DNA of 64,000 nt from Pseudolabrys sp. Its GTDB lineage: Bacteria; Pseudomonadota; Alphaproteobacteria; Rhizobiales; Xanthobacteraceae. The notes below the pieces were generated by a model. That model did not search any database, was not told the DNA's origin, and saw only the letters and a program-made list of their open reading frames with translations. Within the stretch, counting starts at the first letter, position 1. Every line of letters begins with the position of its first letter. Below, piece after piece: positions 51,490 through 62,608 of the stretch. The stretch lies in contig DASZXA010000016.1 of NCBI GenBank assembly GCA_035546455.1, forward strand, positions 31,806 to 95,805. Reading direction: 5' to 3'. The translations under genes and the position numbers were made by a program.

Positions 51490-52098
51490 ATGAAGCTTTA
51501 CGATTCCGGGCGGGCGCCCAATCCGCGGCGGGTCAGGATCTTTCTGGCCGAGAAGGGCATCACGGTCCCGACCGAGCAGGTCGACATGATAGCCGGCGCG
51601 CAGCGCACGCCGGAATACACCGCCATCAATCCGCTTCAGCGCATGCCGGCTCTCGTTCTTGACGATGGCACGGTCATTACCGAGTCGGTCGCGATCTGCC
51701 GCTACTTCGAAGCTCAGCAACCGGAGCCGCCACTATTCGGCACCGGCCCGCTTGAGACCGCGATGGTGGAGATGTGGAACAGGCGTTGCGAGATCAATTT
51801 TCTACTGACGGTCGCATTCGTGTTTCGGCATCTGCACCCGGCAGCCAAGACGCTGGAAGTGCCGCAGGTCGCGGACTGGGGGGAGGCGAACCGCCCGCGT
51901 GTCATCGAATTTCTCCATATCTTCGACGCCCAGCTCGCCAAGCATCGATACGCCGCCGGGGATCGCTTCTCGATTGCGGATATCACGGCGCTTTGCGCGG
52001 CTGACTTCATGAAGCCGGCGAAGATCGAGATGCCCGATCTCAAGAATGTTAAACGCTGGCACGCCGAAGTGTCGGCGCGCCCGAGCGCGAAAGCCTAG
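51490..52098 (+). CDS. glutathione S-transferase
   Basis: APNPRRVRIFLAEKG, INPLQRMP, ESVAICRY, FSIADI. Confidence 0.93.
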   Translation: MKLYDSGRAPNPRRVRIFLAEKGITVPTEQVDMIAGAQRTPEYTAINPLQRMPALVLDDGTVITESVAICRYFEAQQPEPPLFGTGPLETAMVEMWNRRCEINFLLTVAFVFRHLHPAAKTLEVPQVADWGEANRPRVIEFLHIFDAQLAKHRYAAGDRFSIADITALCAADFMKPAKIEMPDLKNVKRWHAEVSARPSAKA

Positions 52099-52100
52099 CG

Positions 52101-52844
52101 ATGCGGTTGACGATTGTTGGATGCGGCGACGCCTTCGGCTCCGGCGGCCGGTCCAACACATGCTTCTGGCTCGAAACCAATAAAGGTGTCGTTGTTGTCG
52201 ATTTCGGCGCATCGGCGTTGCCGGCGCTCAAGAAGCTCAAGCTCGATCCCAATGCGATCGATGCGATTGTGCTGTCGCATCTGCACGGCGATCACTTCGG
52301 CGGCCTGCCGTTTTTATTGCTCGACGCGCAGTTCTTGTCCCGCCGCAACCGCCCTCTGCTGATTGCCGGACCGCCGGGGACAAAAGCGCGCCTCGACGCG
52401 GCGATGGAGGTCTTCTTTCCGAAATCGACCGGCTCGAAATGGAAGTATGACTGGCGGGTTCAGGAAATCCCGGTCGGCGTCGAGACGGATGTGCTCGGCC
52501 ATTCGCTCATCACCGCCGAGGTGATCCATCAGTCCGGCGCGCCGTCGACCGCGCTGCGGTTGTCGGATGGCTGCACGATCTTCGCCTATTCGGGCGATAC
52601 CGAATGGACCGATGCCTTGCTGCCGATCGCGCGCGGCGCCGACCTGTTCATTTTGGAATGTTACAACGACGCCGGCAAGCTGACCGGTCACATCGGCTGG
52701 GAGACGCTCAAGGCGCGTCTCCCCGATCTCGGCGCCCGCCAGGTTATGGTCACCCACATGAACCCGACGATGCTCGCCCGCGCAGATGACGTCAGACAAG
52801 CGGGTCTGCTCGTCGCAGAAGATGGGCTGCTTCGTGAGTTTTAG
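52101..52844 (+). CDS. MBL-fold metallo-hydrolase (RNase Z-like)
   Basis: SHLHGDHFGG, YSGDTEW, ILEC, THM. Confidence 0.9.
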   Translation: MRLTIVGCGDAFGSGGRSNTCFWLETNKGVVVVDFGASALPALKKLKLDPNAIDAIVLSHLHGDHFGGLPFLLLDAQFLSRRNRPLLIAGPPGTKARLDAAMEVFFPKSTGSKWKYDWRVQEIPVGVETDVLGHSLITAEVIHQSGAPSTALRLSDGCTIFAYSGDTEWTDALLPIARGADLFILECYNDAGKLTGHIGWETLKARLPDLGARQVMVTHMNPTMLARADDVRQAGLLVAEDGLLREF

Positions 52845-53713
52845 CGATCCAGCCGCGCTAACAGCGCCGATGTATCCCAGCGTTTGCCGCCCATTTTCTG
52901 CACTTCCGCATAGAATTGATCGACCAATGCGGTAACCGGCAGATTTGCCCCGTTTTTTCGCGCTTCGCCGAGGCAGATGCTCAGGTCCTTGCGCATCCAG
53001 TCCACCGCAAAGCCGAAATCGTATTTGTTCGCGGCCATCGTCTTGTACCGGTTCTCCATCTGCCAGCTTTGTGCCGCTCCCTTCGAGATCGTTGCGATCA
53101 GCTTCTCGATATCGAGGCCGGCCTTCTTGGCGAAATGGATTCCTTCCGACAGGCCCTGCACAAGTCCGGCGATGCAAATCTGGTTGACCATCTTGGCGAG
53201 TTGGCCGGAGCCGGGTGAGCCCATCAGGTTGCAGGCTCGCGCATAGGCATCGATGACAGGCTTGGCCTTGTCGAACACGCCTTGCTCGCCACCGCACATC
53301 ACAGTGAGGACGCCATTCTCGGCGCCGGCCTGGCCGCCCGATACCGGCGCATCGATAAAATCGAAACCGCCTTTCTTCGCCGCGTCGAACAGCTCACGGG
53401 CAATTTCAGCGGACGCCGTCGTGTGGTCGACGAAGGTCGTGCCTTTTCCCATCGCCTGGAAGGCGCCGTCCTTGCCGAGCGTCACTTCGCGCAGGTCGTT
53501 GTCGTTGCCGACGCAGCACATGACGAAGTCCTGGCCCTGCGCGGCGGCCTTGGGCGTCGGGGCCGTCTTGCCGCCGAACTGCTTGGCCCACTGCTCGGAC
53601 TTGGCGGCGGTGCGGTTATAGACCGTCACCTCGTGTCCGCCTTTGTTTTTGAGGTGGGCGGCCATGGGGTAACCCATGACGCCCAAGCCGAGAAAAGCCA
53701 CTTTCGCCATCAT
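52841..53713 (-). CDS. NAD(P)-dependent beta-hydroxyacid dehydrogenase (3-hydroxyisobutyrate dehydrogenase family)
   Basis: FLGLGVMG, DAPVSGGQAGA, KMVNQI, FAVDWMRKDL. Confidence 0.93.
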   Translation of the reverse strand: MMAKVAFLGLGVMGYPMAAHLKNKGGHEVTVYNRTAAKSEQWAKQFGGKTAPTPKAAAQGQDFVMCCVGNDNDLREVTLGKDGAFQAMGKGTTFVDHTTASAEIARELFDAAKKGGFDFIDAPVSGGQAGAENGVLTVMCGGEQGVFDKAKPVIDAYARACNLMGSPGSGQLAKMVNQICIAGLVQGLSEGIHFAKKAGLDIEKLIATISKGAAQSWQMENRYKTMAANKYDFGFAVDWMRKDLSICLGEARKNGANLPVTALVDQFYAEVQKMGGKRWDTSALLARLDR

Positions 53714-53808
53714 TTCCTCCTGCTATATCGGTCGTATGTTCGGCGTTGTTACGCCATAGACCCCGTTGCACGCGGTTTCGTCAACCGTACAGGTAAGGAT
53801 GAACGGCA

Positions 53809-54972
53809 ATGTCGGTAACGAAAGAGCAGGTCCTGGCGGCGCTGGCCGAGGTGGCGGCCCCCGACGGCGCGGCGCTGCCGCAGGCGCGGGTGCTCTCCGA
53901 CATCGTCGTCACCGACGGCAAGGTGTTCTTTTCGATGACCGTCGATGCCGCGGCGGTCAAGCAATGGGAAGCCGTGCGCAAGCAGGCCGAGGAGGCGGTG
54001 CGCGCAATCCCCGGCGTCCAGTCGGCGATGGTGGCCCTGACCGCCGAGCGCGCCGGCGGCGCGCCGCGTCCGGCGCCGACACGTCCCCCCCAAGGGCAAG
54101 GACAAGGACAAGGGCAGGCACATAGCCATGGACACGGTCCCGGCCACCAGCATGGCGCGCCACGCAGCCAACCCGGCATCCCGGGCGTCAACGCGGTCAT
54201 CGCGGTCGCGTCGGGGAAAGGCGGCGTCGGTAAATCGACCACCGCGGTCAACCTGGCGCTCGGCCTGCGCGACCTCGGCCTCAAGGTCGGGCTGCTCGAT
54301 GCCGATATCTACGGCCCTTCGATTCCGAAACTGCTCGCCATCAAGGAAAAGCCGAAAACGATCGGCGGCACGCGGCTTCAGCCCATCAGCAGCTACGGCA
54401 TGAACGTCATGTCGATCGGCTTCCTGATCGACGAAGAGACGCCAATGATCTGGCGCGGGCCGATGGTGATGTCGGCCATCACGCAGATGCTCCGCGAAGT
54501 CGAATGGGGCGAACTCGACGTCATGGTGGTGGACATGCCGCCAGGTACTGGTGACGCGCAGCTCACAATGGCGCAGCAGGTGCCGCTCAAAGGCGCCGTC
54601 ATTGTTTCAACCCCGCAGGATCTCGCGTTGATCGACGCGCGCCGCGGCATCGCAATGTTCAAGCGTGTCGATGTGCCGGTGCTCGGCGTGGTCGAGAACA
54701 TGAGCTACTTCGTCTGCCCGCAATGCGGCACGCGGTCCGACATCTTCAGCCATGGCGGCGCACGGCACGAGGCGGAGCGCCTCGGCGTTCCGTTCCTGGG
54801 CGAGGTGCCGCTACACATGGCGATCCGGGAAAAGTCGGACAGCGGCCTGCCGGTTGTCGCCACCGATCCGGAAGGGGAGCACGCCCGGATTTACCGCGAC
54901 ATTGCGGCGCGGGTCCGCGACAGCCTGATGGCCGGCGGCAGGGCAGCCCCGAAGATCGTGGTCGAAGCCTAA
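53809..54972 (+). CDS. apbC: Mrp/NBP35 iron-sulfur cluster carrier ApbC
   Basis: N-terminal FeS-assembly domain, ASGKGGVGKSTT, DADIYGPS, DMPPGTGD, ENMSYFVCPQC. Confidence 0.94.
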   Translation: MSVTKEQVLAALAEVAAPDGAALPQARVLSDIVVTDGKVFFSMTVDAAAVKQWEAVRKQAEEAVRAIPGVQSAMVALTAERAGGAPRPAPTRPPQGQGQGQGQAHSHGHGPGHQHGAPRSQPGIPGVNAVIAVASGKGGVGKSTTAVNLALGLRDLGLKVGLLDADIYGPSIPKLLAIKEKPKTIGGTRLQPISSYGMNVMSIGFLIDEETPMIWRGPMVMSAITQMLREVEWGELDVMVVDMPPGTGDAQLTMAQQVPLKGAVIVSTPQDLALIDARRGIAMFKRVDVPVLGVVENMSYFVCPQCGTRSDIFSHGGARHEAERLGVPFLGEVPLHMAIREKSDSGLPVVATDPEGEHARIYRDIAARVRDSLMAGGRAAPKIVVEA

Positions 54973-55110
54973 GCCGCAGCCTCTTGGAACTTTGTTGCAT
55001 GGCTCGCATGAGTTGATGCGGCTTTCCAAGCTGGCGTGAAGGTGCTTTTAAGCGCCCATCGGGCTGCGCTTTTCGAGCAGCCCCTCCACACAGCAAGAGG
55101 ATATTCCGTG

Positions 55111-56199
55111 ATGAAACGCCGGCAGTTTCTTGGCGTGGCAGGCGCGGGGCTCGCGGCGAGCGCAATCGCAGCGCCCGCGATTGCCCAGTCGAGCCCGCAA
55201 CTGAAATGGCGCCTGACATCGAGCTTCCCGAAGTCGCTCGATACGATCTATGGCGCATGCGAGATTTTCGCCAAGATCGTGGCCGAAGCCACCGATAACA
55301 ACTTCCAGATTGCGACCTTCCCGGCCGGAGAAATCGTGCCGGGTCTGGCGGCTGCGGACGCCGTCGGCAACGGCACCGTCGAGATGTGCCAGACCGCGTC
55401 TTATTACTATGTCGGCAAGGACCCGACGTTCGCCTTGTTCACGGCGCAGCCATTCGGCCTCAACGCGCGGATGCAGAATGCGTGGATGGCATTCGGCGGT
55501 GCGGGCGATCTCGCCAACACGTTCTACAAAAAATATGGCTTCATCGCGTTCCCGGCCGGCAATACCGGCACGCAGATGGGCGGCTGGTTCCGCAAGGAAA
55601 TCCATACCCCGGACGATCTCAAGGGTCTGAAATTCCGCACGGCCGGGTTCAACGGCCAGATCTTCAGCAAGATGGGCGCGGTGCCGCAGCAGATCGCCGG
55701 CGGCGACATCTACCCGGCACTGGAGAAGGGCACCATCGACGCTGTCGAGTGGGTCGGCCCGTACGACGACGAGAAGCTCGGCTTCGTGAAGGTCGCGAAA
55801 TACTACTACTATCCGGGCTGGTGGGAAGGTGGCGCGATGCTCCACCACTTCATCAATCTCGAAAAGTGGAACGCACTCCCGAAAAATTATCAGGCCATCG
55901 TGCAGGCCGCCTCCGCCGAGGCCAACACCTGGATGAACGCAAAGTACGATGCAGTAAATCCGGGTGCGCTCAAACGGCTGGTCGCCAATGGCGCGCAACT
56001 GCGCCCGTTCCCGCAACCTGTGATGGAAGCAAGCTACAAGGCGGCCTTGGCCACCTACGATGAAGTCTCGGCCAAGAACGCCGACTTCAAGAAGGTGTAC
56101 GACAGCATGATCGCCTTCCGTAACGACGAGTACCTCTGGTGGCAGGTCGCGGAGCTCGGCTTCGACGCCTTCATGGTGCGGATGCGCTCGCGCGGCTGA
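55111..56199 (+). CDS. TRAP substrate-binding protein, TakP/keto-acid type, Tat signal
   Basis: MKRRQFL, GNTGTQMGGWFRKEI, PQQIAGGDIYPALEKGT, WVGPYDDEKLGF. Confidence 0.93.
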   Translation: MKRRQFLGVAGAGLAASAIAAPAIAQSSPQLKWRLTSSFPKSLDTIYGACEIFAKIVAEATDNNFQIATFPAGEIVPGLAAADAVGNGTVEMCQTASYYYVGKDPTFALFTAQPFGLNARMQNAWMAFGGAGDLANTFYKKYGFIAFPAGNTGTQMGGWFRKEIHTPDDLKGLKFRTAGFNGQIFSKMGAVPQQIAGGDIYPALEKGTIDAVEWVGPYDDEKLGFVKVAKYYYYPGWWEGGAMLHHFINLEKWNALPKNYQAIVQAASAEANTWMNAKYDAVNPGALKRLVANGAQLRPFPQPVMEASYKAALATYDEVSAKNADFKKVYDSMIAFRNDEYLWWQVAELGFDAFMVRMRSRG

Positions 56200-56224
56200 G
56201 GTTCGTCTACTCTGGCCGATAATT

Positions 56225-56256
56225 GCCCGCCCGGGCTATCCCGGGCGGGCTTTTTC
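56225..56256 (+). terminator. intrinsic terminator
   Basis: gcccgcccggg-ctat-cccgggcgggc followed by ttttt. Confidence 0.85.
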
Positions 56257-56410
56257 GTGAATGGGCCATAAAACTAAGCTTTTCAGCCTTTCAAAAGCCG
56301 TGCAGACTGGCCCCAGCCGGCATGTCCGTCATATGGCGTGCCAACGGCAACGCCCATTATGGGGGTGGCGGGGCATAGCACCGCTTAAAATTGAAGAGGG
56401 AGGATACCGA

Positions 56411-57496
56411 ATGAAGCGTCGTCAATTTTTGAAGGCTGCGGGCGTGGGCCTGGCTGCGACCGCGGTCGCGAGCCCGGCAATCGCGCAGTCCATGCCGGAG
56501 CTGAAGTGGCGCATGCCGACCAGCTGGCCGAAGTCGCTCGACACGATTTATGGCGCGGCCGAGGTGATGTGCAAAGCGGTCTCGGACGCCACCGACGGCA
56601 AGTTCCAGATTCAGCCGTTCGCCGCCGGCGAAATCGTCCCCGGTCTCGCGATCGTCGATGCGGTGCAGAACGGCACCGTCGAAATCGGCCACACGGCTTC
56701 GTACTACTACTTCGGCAAGGACCCGACCTTCGGCTTCGGCACGTCGGTGCCGTTCGGCCCGAACGCCCGCATCAACCAGGCGTGGTGGACGCAAGGCGGC
56801 GGCGACGAGGTGATGAACGCGTTCTACAAGAAGTACAACCAGCGCGGCCTGCTTGCCGGCAATACCGGCTGCCAGATGGGCGGTTGGTACCGCAAGGAGA
56901 TCAACTCGGTCGACGATCTCAAGGGCCTGAAGATGCGCATCGGCGGCTGGGCCGGCAAGGTTCTCCAAAAGCTCGGCGGCGTGCCGCAGCAGATCGCGGG
57001 CGGCGACATCTACCCGGCGCTCGAAAAGGGCACGCTGGACGCCTGCGAGTGGGTCGGTCCGTACGATGACGAGAAGCTCGGCTTCTACAAGGTCGCGCCG
57101 CACTACTACGCGCCCGGCTGGTGGGAAGGCGGCTCGATGCTGTTCGCGATGGTGAACCTCGACAAGTGGAACGCCCTCCCGAAGAACTACCAGCACATCC
57201 TCGAGCAGGCTGCGCACTACTCCAATACGGTGACCATGGCGAAATACGACAAGGTCAACCCGTTGGCTCTGCGCAAGCTGCTGGCCGGCGGCACCAAGCT
57301 GCACGTGTTCAACCAGAAGATCATGGATGCCTCTTACAAGGCGACCATGGAGTTGCACGGGGAAGTCGCGAAGGAAAACGCGGACTTCAAGAAGGCCAAC
57401 GATTCGCTGATGGAGTTCACCAAGAACACCTATCAGTGGTTCCAGGTCGCCGAGAACACCTACGACCAGTTCATGATCCGCGCGATGCGCGCCTGA
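56411..57496 (+). CDS. second TakP-type TRAP substrate-binding protein
   Basis: Same signature motifs as the upstream paralogue; GGAGG RBS supports ATG 56411. Confidence 0.93.
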   Translation: MKRRQFLKAAGVGLAATAVASPAIAQSMPELKWRMPTSWPKSLDTIYGAAEVMCKAVSDATDGKFQIQPFAAGEIVPGLAIVDAVQNGTVEIGHTASYYYFGKDPTFGFGTSVPFGPNARINQAWWTQGGGDEVMNAFYKKYNQRGLLAGNTGCQMGGWYRKEINSVDDLKGLKMRIGGWAGKVLQKLGGVPQQIAGGDIYPALEKGTLDACEWVGPYDDEKLGFYKVAPHYYAPGWWEGGSMLFAMVNLDKWNALPKNYQHILEQAAHYSNTVTMAKYDKVNPLALRKLLAGGTKLHVFNQKIMDASYKATMELHGEVAKENADFKKANDSLMEFTKNTYQWFQVAENTYDQFMIRAMRA

Positions 57497-57517
57497 TCGA
57501 ACCGTCAATACAAAGCG

Positions 57518-57551
57518 AAACCCCGGAGCGAAAGCTCCGGGGTTTTTTATT
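57518..57551. terminator. intrinsic terminator between convergent genes
   Basis: aaaccccggagc-gaaa-gctccggggttt then tttatt. Confidence 0.85.
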
Positions 57552-57573
57552 GAGCGACATTCAGGCGCGTGGC

Positions 57574-59232
57574 CTATTTGAAATTGAATTGCACGTCCGG
57601 CGGCGGGAGATTGTCGAGTGCGGGAACGTCGATCTTCACCTTGTTGGGATCGACGTTCGAAAGCCCGCGTTTGTAGTGCATCACCATCGCCGGGAAGGTG
57701 ATGACCAGCACCACCATGACGACCTGGATGACCACGAAAGGTACGGCGCCCCAGTAAATCTGACCGGTGGTTATACCGTCTGTTTTCTTGCCGGTGACCC
57801 GATCGATATAGGGCTCCTTTGGCGCAACCGAACGCAGATAGAACAGCGCAAATCCAAACGGCGGGTGCATGAACGAGGTTTGCATGTTGACGCCGAGGAT
57901 GACGCCGAACCAGATCAGGTCGATGCCGAGCTTCTCCGCCGCGGGCCCGAGCAGCGGGATGATGATGAACGCGAGTTCGAAGAAGTCGAGGAAGAAGGCC
58001 AGCACGAAGACAAAGGCGTTGACGAACAGCAGGAAGCCGACCTGGCCGCCCGGCAGCGACGTCAACAAATGCTCGACCCAGATATGGCCGCTGACGCCAT
58101 AGAACGTGAGCGAAAAGACGCGCGCGCCGACCAAAATAAAGACGACGAATGCCGACAGTTTGGCCGTCGACTGGACGGCCTGGCGGATCAGGTCGAAGCT
58201 GAGCCGGCGTTTAAGCAAACCCAGGATCAGTGCGCCAACCGCGCCCATCGCGCCGCCTTCGGTCGGCGTCGCGACGCCAAGGAAGATGGTGCCAAGCACG
58301 AGGAAGATCAGGAACAGCGGCGGCACCATCACAAAAGTGGTCTGCCGTGCGATGTACGAAAGCACGCGGACTTTGAACGATTTCTCGATGAGCCAGTCGA
58401 GCACTGCCACGGCGAACGCGAACATAATTCCGTAGAACATCGTCAGCACGACGAAATCGGCGCCATGCGTGTTCGAATCCCGCATGCGGTACCAACCGAA
58501 CAACGCGCTGACCACCGTCAGAATGGCCAGCGAGGTCAGGCCGCGGCCACCGTTGGCTTCGCGAAATCCGACCGCCTCCGGGGGAAGCCCGGGTGTCGCC
58601 TTGGGGAAGACCAGTGTCACAAGGAACACGTAGAAGGCATAAAGGCAGGACAGAACGAGGCCCGGAATGAAAGCGCCTTCATACATGTCGCCGACCGAGC
58701 GGCCGAGCTGGTCGGCCATCACGATGAGAACGAGGGACGGCGGGATGATTTGCGCCAGCGTGCCGGAGGCTGCGATCACGCCGGAAGCAACGCGCCGGTC
58801 ATAGCCGTAGCGCATCATGATCGGCAGCGAGATCAGGCCCATCGAAATCACCGAGGCCGCGACGACGCCGGTGGTGGCGGCGAGCAGGGCGCCGACGAAG
58901 ATCACCGCGTAGGCGAGACCGCCGCGCACGGTGCCGAACAGTTGCCCGATCGTGTCGAGCAGGTCTTCAGCCATGCCGGATCGTTCGAGCACGAGGCCCA
59001 TGAACGTGAAAAATGGAATCGCGAGCAGCGTGTCATTGTTCATCACGCCGTAGACGCGTTCGGGCAGCGCCTGAAGGAAGTCGGGGACGAACAGACCGAG
59101 CTCGATGCCGATCAGGCCGAACAACAGTCCGACGGCGCCGAGCGAAAATGCCGCCGGGTATCCCAGCAGCAGGAACAAGACCAGCGCCAGAAACATAATC
59201 GGCGCCATGTTGTCGATGAAAAAGGCAAGCAT
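57574..59232 (-). CDS. TRAP transporter large permease (DctM)
   Basis: LLAIPFFTFMG, AATTGVVAASV, GTLAQIIPPS, ATPTEGG, NMQTSFMHPPFGF. Confidence 0.94.
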   Translation of the reverse strand: MLAFFIDNMAPIMFLALVLFLLLGYPAAFSLGAVGLLFGLIGIELGLFVPDFLQALPERVYGVMNNDTLLAIPFFTFMGLVLERSGMAEDLLDTIGQLFGTVRGGLAYAVIFVGALLAATTGVVAASVISMGLISLPIMMRYGYDRRVASGVIAASGTLAQIIPPSLVLIVMADQLGRSVGDMYEGAFIPGLVLSCLYAFYVFLVTLVFPKATPGLPPEAVGFREANGGRGLTSLAILTVVSALFGWYRMRDSNTHGADFVVLTMFYGIMFAFAVAVLDWLIEKSFKVRVLSYIARQTTFVMVPPLFLIFLVLGTIFLGVATPTEGGAMGAVGALILGLLKRRLSFDLIRQAVQSTAKLSAFVVFILVGARVFSLTFYGVSGHIWVEHLLTSLPGGQVGFLLFVNAFVFVLAFFLDFFELAFIIIPLLGPAAEKLGIDLIWFGVILGVNMQTSFMHPPFGFALFYLRSVAPKEPYIDRVTGKKTDGITTGQIYWGAVPFVVIQVVMVVLVITFPAMVMHYKRGLSNVDPNKVKIDVPALDNLPPPDVQFNFK

Positions 59233-59259
59233 CGAAATCCCCCGCTCCCAGCCGGCTGA

Positions 59260-59856
59260 TTATCGTTTTTCGATTGCGTCGACGAGGTGGTCGACTTCGG
59301 CTTCGAGTGTCGATTGCTGGTTCTCATGCGGATCCGGGATCAGGCCACGCATGATAGAGGCCCGCTTGATCAACTCCGAGATCGCCTGAACAAACAGAAG
59401 CGTGAAAGCGAGCGGGATAAGCCCCTTGCTCGGCCATTGTGGCAGGCCGCCGGCATTGCCCGACTGTTCATTGATCTCGAAGGAGCGCAGGAAGAACGGA
59501 AGCCCCGTCACGATCATCACGATCGCGAGCGGCAGCAGGAAAAACGCATGCCCGACCATGTCGATGGTGCCGCGCAGCCAACGTGGCATGAGGTTGTTCA
59601 CGATATCGATCCGGATGTGCTCGTTGCTCATCAAGGTCCACGGCGAGCACAGCAGGAACACGGCGCCGAACAACACCCATTGCAGCTCGAGCCAGGAGTT
59701 CGACGATGTGTCGAATATCTTGCGAATGGTGGCATTGCCGGCCGACACGATCACGGCGACCAGGATCAGCCACGAAAGATAGCGGCCAAGCCAGGCATTG
59801 ATGGAATCGATGATGCGCGAAAGCGGAAGTAACGACTTCAGGAGTCCGTCAAGCAT
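59260..59856 (-). CDS. TRAP transporter small permease (DctQ)
   Basis: WLELQWVLFG, NEHIRID, four TMs. Confidence 0.9.
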   Translation of the reverse strand: MLDGLLKSLLPLSRIIDSINAWLGRYLSWLILVAVIVSAGNATIRKIFDTSSNSWLELQWVLFGAVFLLCSPWTLMSNEHIRIDIVNNLMPRWLRGTIDMVGHAFFLLPLAIVMIVTGLPFFLRSFEINEQSGNAGGLPQWPSKGLIPLAFTLLFVQAISELIKRASIMRGLIPDPHENQQSTLEAEVDHLVDAIEKR

Positions 59857-60032
59857 GCCCACGTTCCACCCTGGCGGGCCGCACAATGGCGGCGGCCGCG
59901 CTTATTCTTTTTGAGTTATGCCCCCGTCAGGCTCCCCTCGAGCCGGACACACCCACTTAACCCGTCACGGCGGCCCGCCGTCAATGGTCAAATTGCCATT
60001 GTCTATCGATGTATTTGGTGATTACGGAGGAT

Positions 60033-61076
<1,044 letters not shown>

Positions 61077-61159
61077 GCCGCCTGTCCGCGCATGCGATGG
61101 AACCGCCCTAGATATAAGAAATGTGACGGATAAGCGCCACAGCGCCCGTCGCCGGAAAC

Positions 61160-61190
61160 GAAAAGACCCGGCGCCAGGGCCGGGTCTTTC
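61160..61190 (-). terminator. intrinsic terminator after the lipoprotein gene
   Basis: aaagacccggc / gccgggtcttt inverted repeat, followed by T residues on the minus strand. Confidence 0.7.
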
Positions 61191-61209
61191 ATTGGAATTG
61201 AGCTTACTT

Positions 61210-61716
61210 TTACTGCTGCGCCGGGGCGGCAGACGGCCACGGCGAGGAGGCGGCCGGCGCAGGGGCCGGCGCCGATGCGGCCGGCGGCGGCGGCGCGGCC
61301 GCTGCCTTCGGCTTGGGAGCGGCAGCCGGCTTCGCGGCGCTGGTCTTCTTGCGCGCGGGCTTCTTCGCCGGCTTCGGCGGCGGCGGCGCGGGCGTCAACT
61401 CGGCGCTGACCGGATTGGGGCGCAGCTTGGTGCTGCCGTCGACCAGGACGGATTCGACTTCCTCGCTGGCGGGCTGATAGCCGGTCAGCGTGAACGTTAC
61501 AGAGAAAGGCTTGTCCGCCGGGACGGTGACCGCGCAGGGCGTCTTGCAGTTCTGCCCGGTCGAAAGCGTTGCGGTCGCACCGGCCGGCTCGGTTTCGAAC
61601 TGGACCGACTCGGTGATCGGCGCCGGCTTCAGCGCGTCGAGGCTCATCCAATCCGGAGTCGACGAACACGCCGCAAGCAGAAGGCCGCCACTCAGTACAA
61701 ACAATACGCGATACAT
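61210..61716 (-). CDS. lipoprotein with PEGA-like domain and Pro/Ala/Lys-rich tail
   Basis: Lipobox [13 protein letters not shown]...CKTPC, low-complexity C-terminus. Confidence 0.78.
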   Translation of the reverse strand: MYRVLFVLSGGLLLAACSSTPDWMSLDALKPAPITESVQFETEPAGATATLSTGQNCKTPCAVTVPADKPFSVTFTLTGYQPASEEVESVLVDGSTKLRPNPVSAELTPAPPPPKPAKKPARKKTSAAKPAAAPKPKAAAAPPPPAASAPAPAPAASSPWPSAAPAQQ

Positions 61717-61835
61717 CCCATCCCCTCCGGGGCAGTAACCACAGTCGGATTCCATTAAGATTAGAATTGCGGCAAAAGTCGCGCAACCCGCCGCGGGCAT
61801 TAACCTTACCGCGTTAACCACGTCTTGCGCCGACC

Positions 61836-62510
61836 TCAGGCGTTGCGCCGGATCGCTGCGATTGCGGTGGGCAACTCACTAAAACGGCTGATCACGCGGT
61901 CCGGCCGGAACTCGGCGATGGGCCGCGGCGTGTAACCGAAATCGACGGCGACGATCGGCACGCCTGCCGCCCGTGCCGTGAGAACGTCCGTCTCCGAATC
62001 TCCGATCATGAATGCGTCGCTCATGCTGCCCGAGGCGGCCGCGATGGTCTTGCGAAGCGTGTCCGGGTTTGGCTTCGGCGCGGCGAACGTGTCTTGACCG
62101 CAGATAAACGCGAATCGTGGCGTCAGCTTGAGCGCATCGAGCAATTTTCGTGACAGCCCCTCAAGCTTGTTGGTGCAGACCGCTAACTTGAATCCGTCGC
62201 CGGACAGTTGATCGAGTGTCTGCTCCAGTCCGGGAAAGGGCCGGGAATGGTCTGCGATGTGCGCCGAGTAATGGTTGACGAAGTCGACGAACAGCTTGTC
62301 GAGTTGCGCGGGGGACGCATCGCGCCCCTCCGCTGCCAGCCCGCGGGCCAACATGACCTTGGCGCCGCCGCCGATTAACGTCCTCGCCTGCTCATAGGGG
62401 ACCGGCGGCATTCCTTCTTTTGTCAGGATGACATTGAGGGTCGCGATCAGGTCCGGCGCGGTGTCGATCAGAGTGCCGTCCAGGTCGAACACAATGACGG
62501 GATGAGTCAT
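61836..62510 (-). CDS. gph: HAD hydrolase, phosphoglycolate phosphatase-like
   Basis: [28 protein letters not shown]. Confidence 0.88.
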   Translation of the reverse strand: MTHPVIVFDLDGTLIDTAPDLIATLNVILTKEGMPPVPYEQARTLIGGGAKVMLARGLAAEGRDASPAQLDKLFVDFVNHYSAHIADHSRPFPGLEQTLDQLSGDGFKLAVCTNKLEGLSRKLLDALKLTPRFAFICGQDTFAAPKPNPDTLRKTIAAASGSMSDAFMIGDSETDVLTARAAGVPIVAVDFGYTPRPIAEFRPDRVISRFSELPTAIAAIRRNA

Positions 62511-62608
62511 GCTTGAATTGGCCTTCAAATTTACCGTTGCCTGATTTCGGCTATTCTCGGCCCGCGATCAAGGCTACAGAACGGTGCGGCACGGGGGTAA
62601 ACGGGGCA

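Noticed and set aside
54975-56410. Possible sigma-54 promoters before the takP genes (TGGCGT.., TGGAAC..TTGC)
   Set aside because: GG-to-GC spacing is 9 rather than 10 at two sites, and the site with correct spacing lacks the TTGC element.
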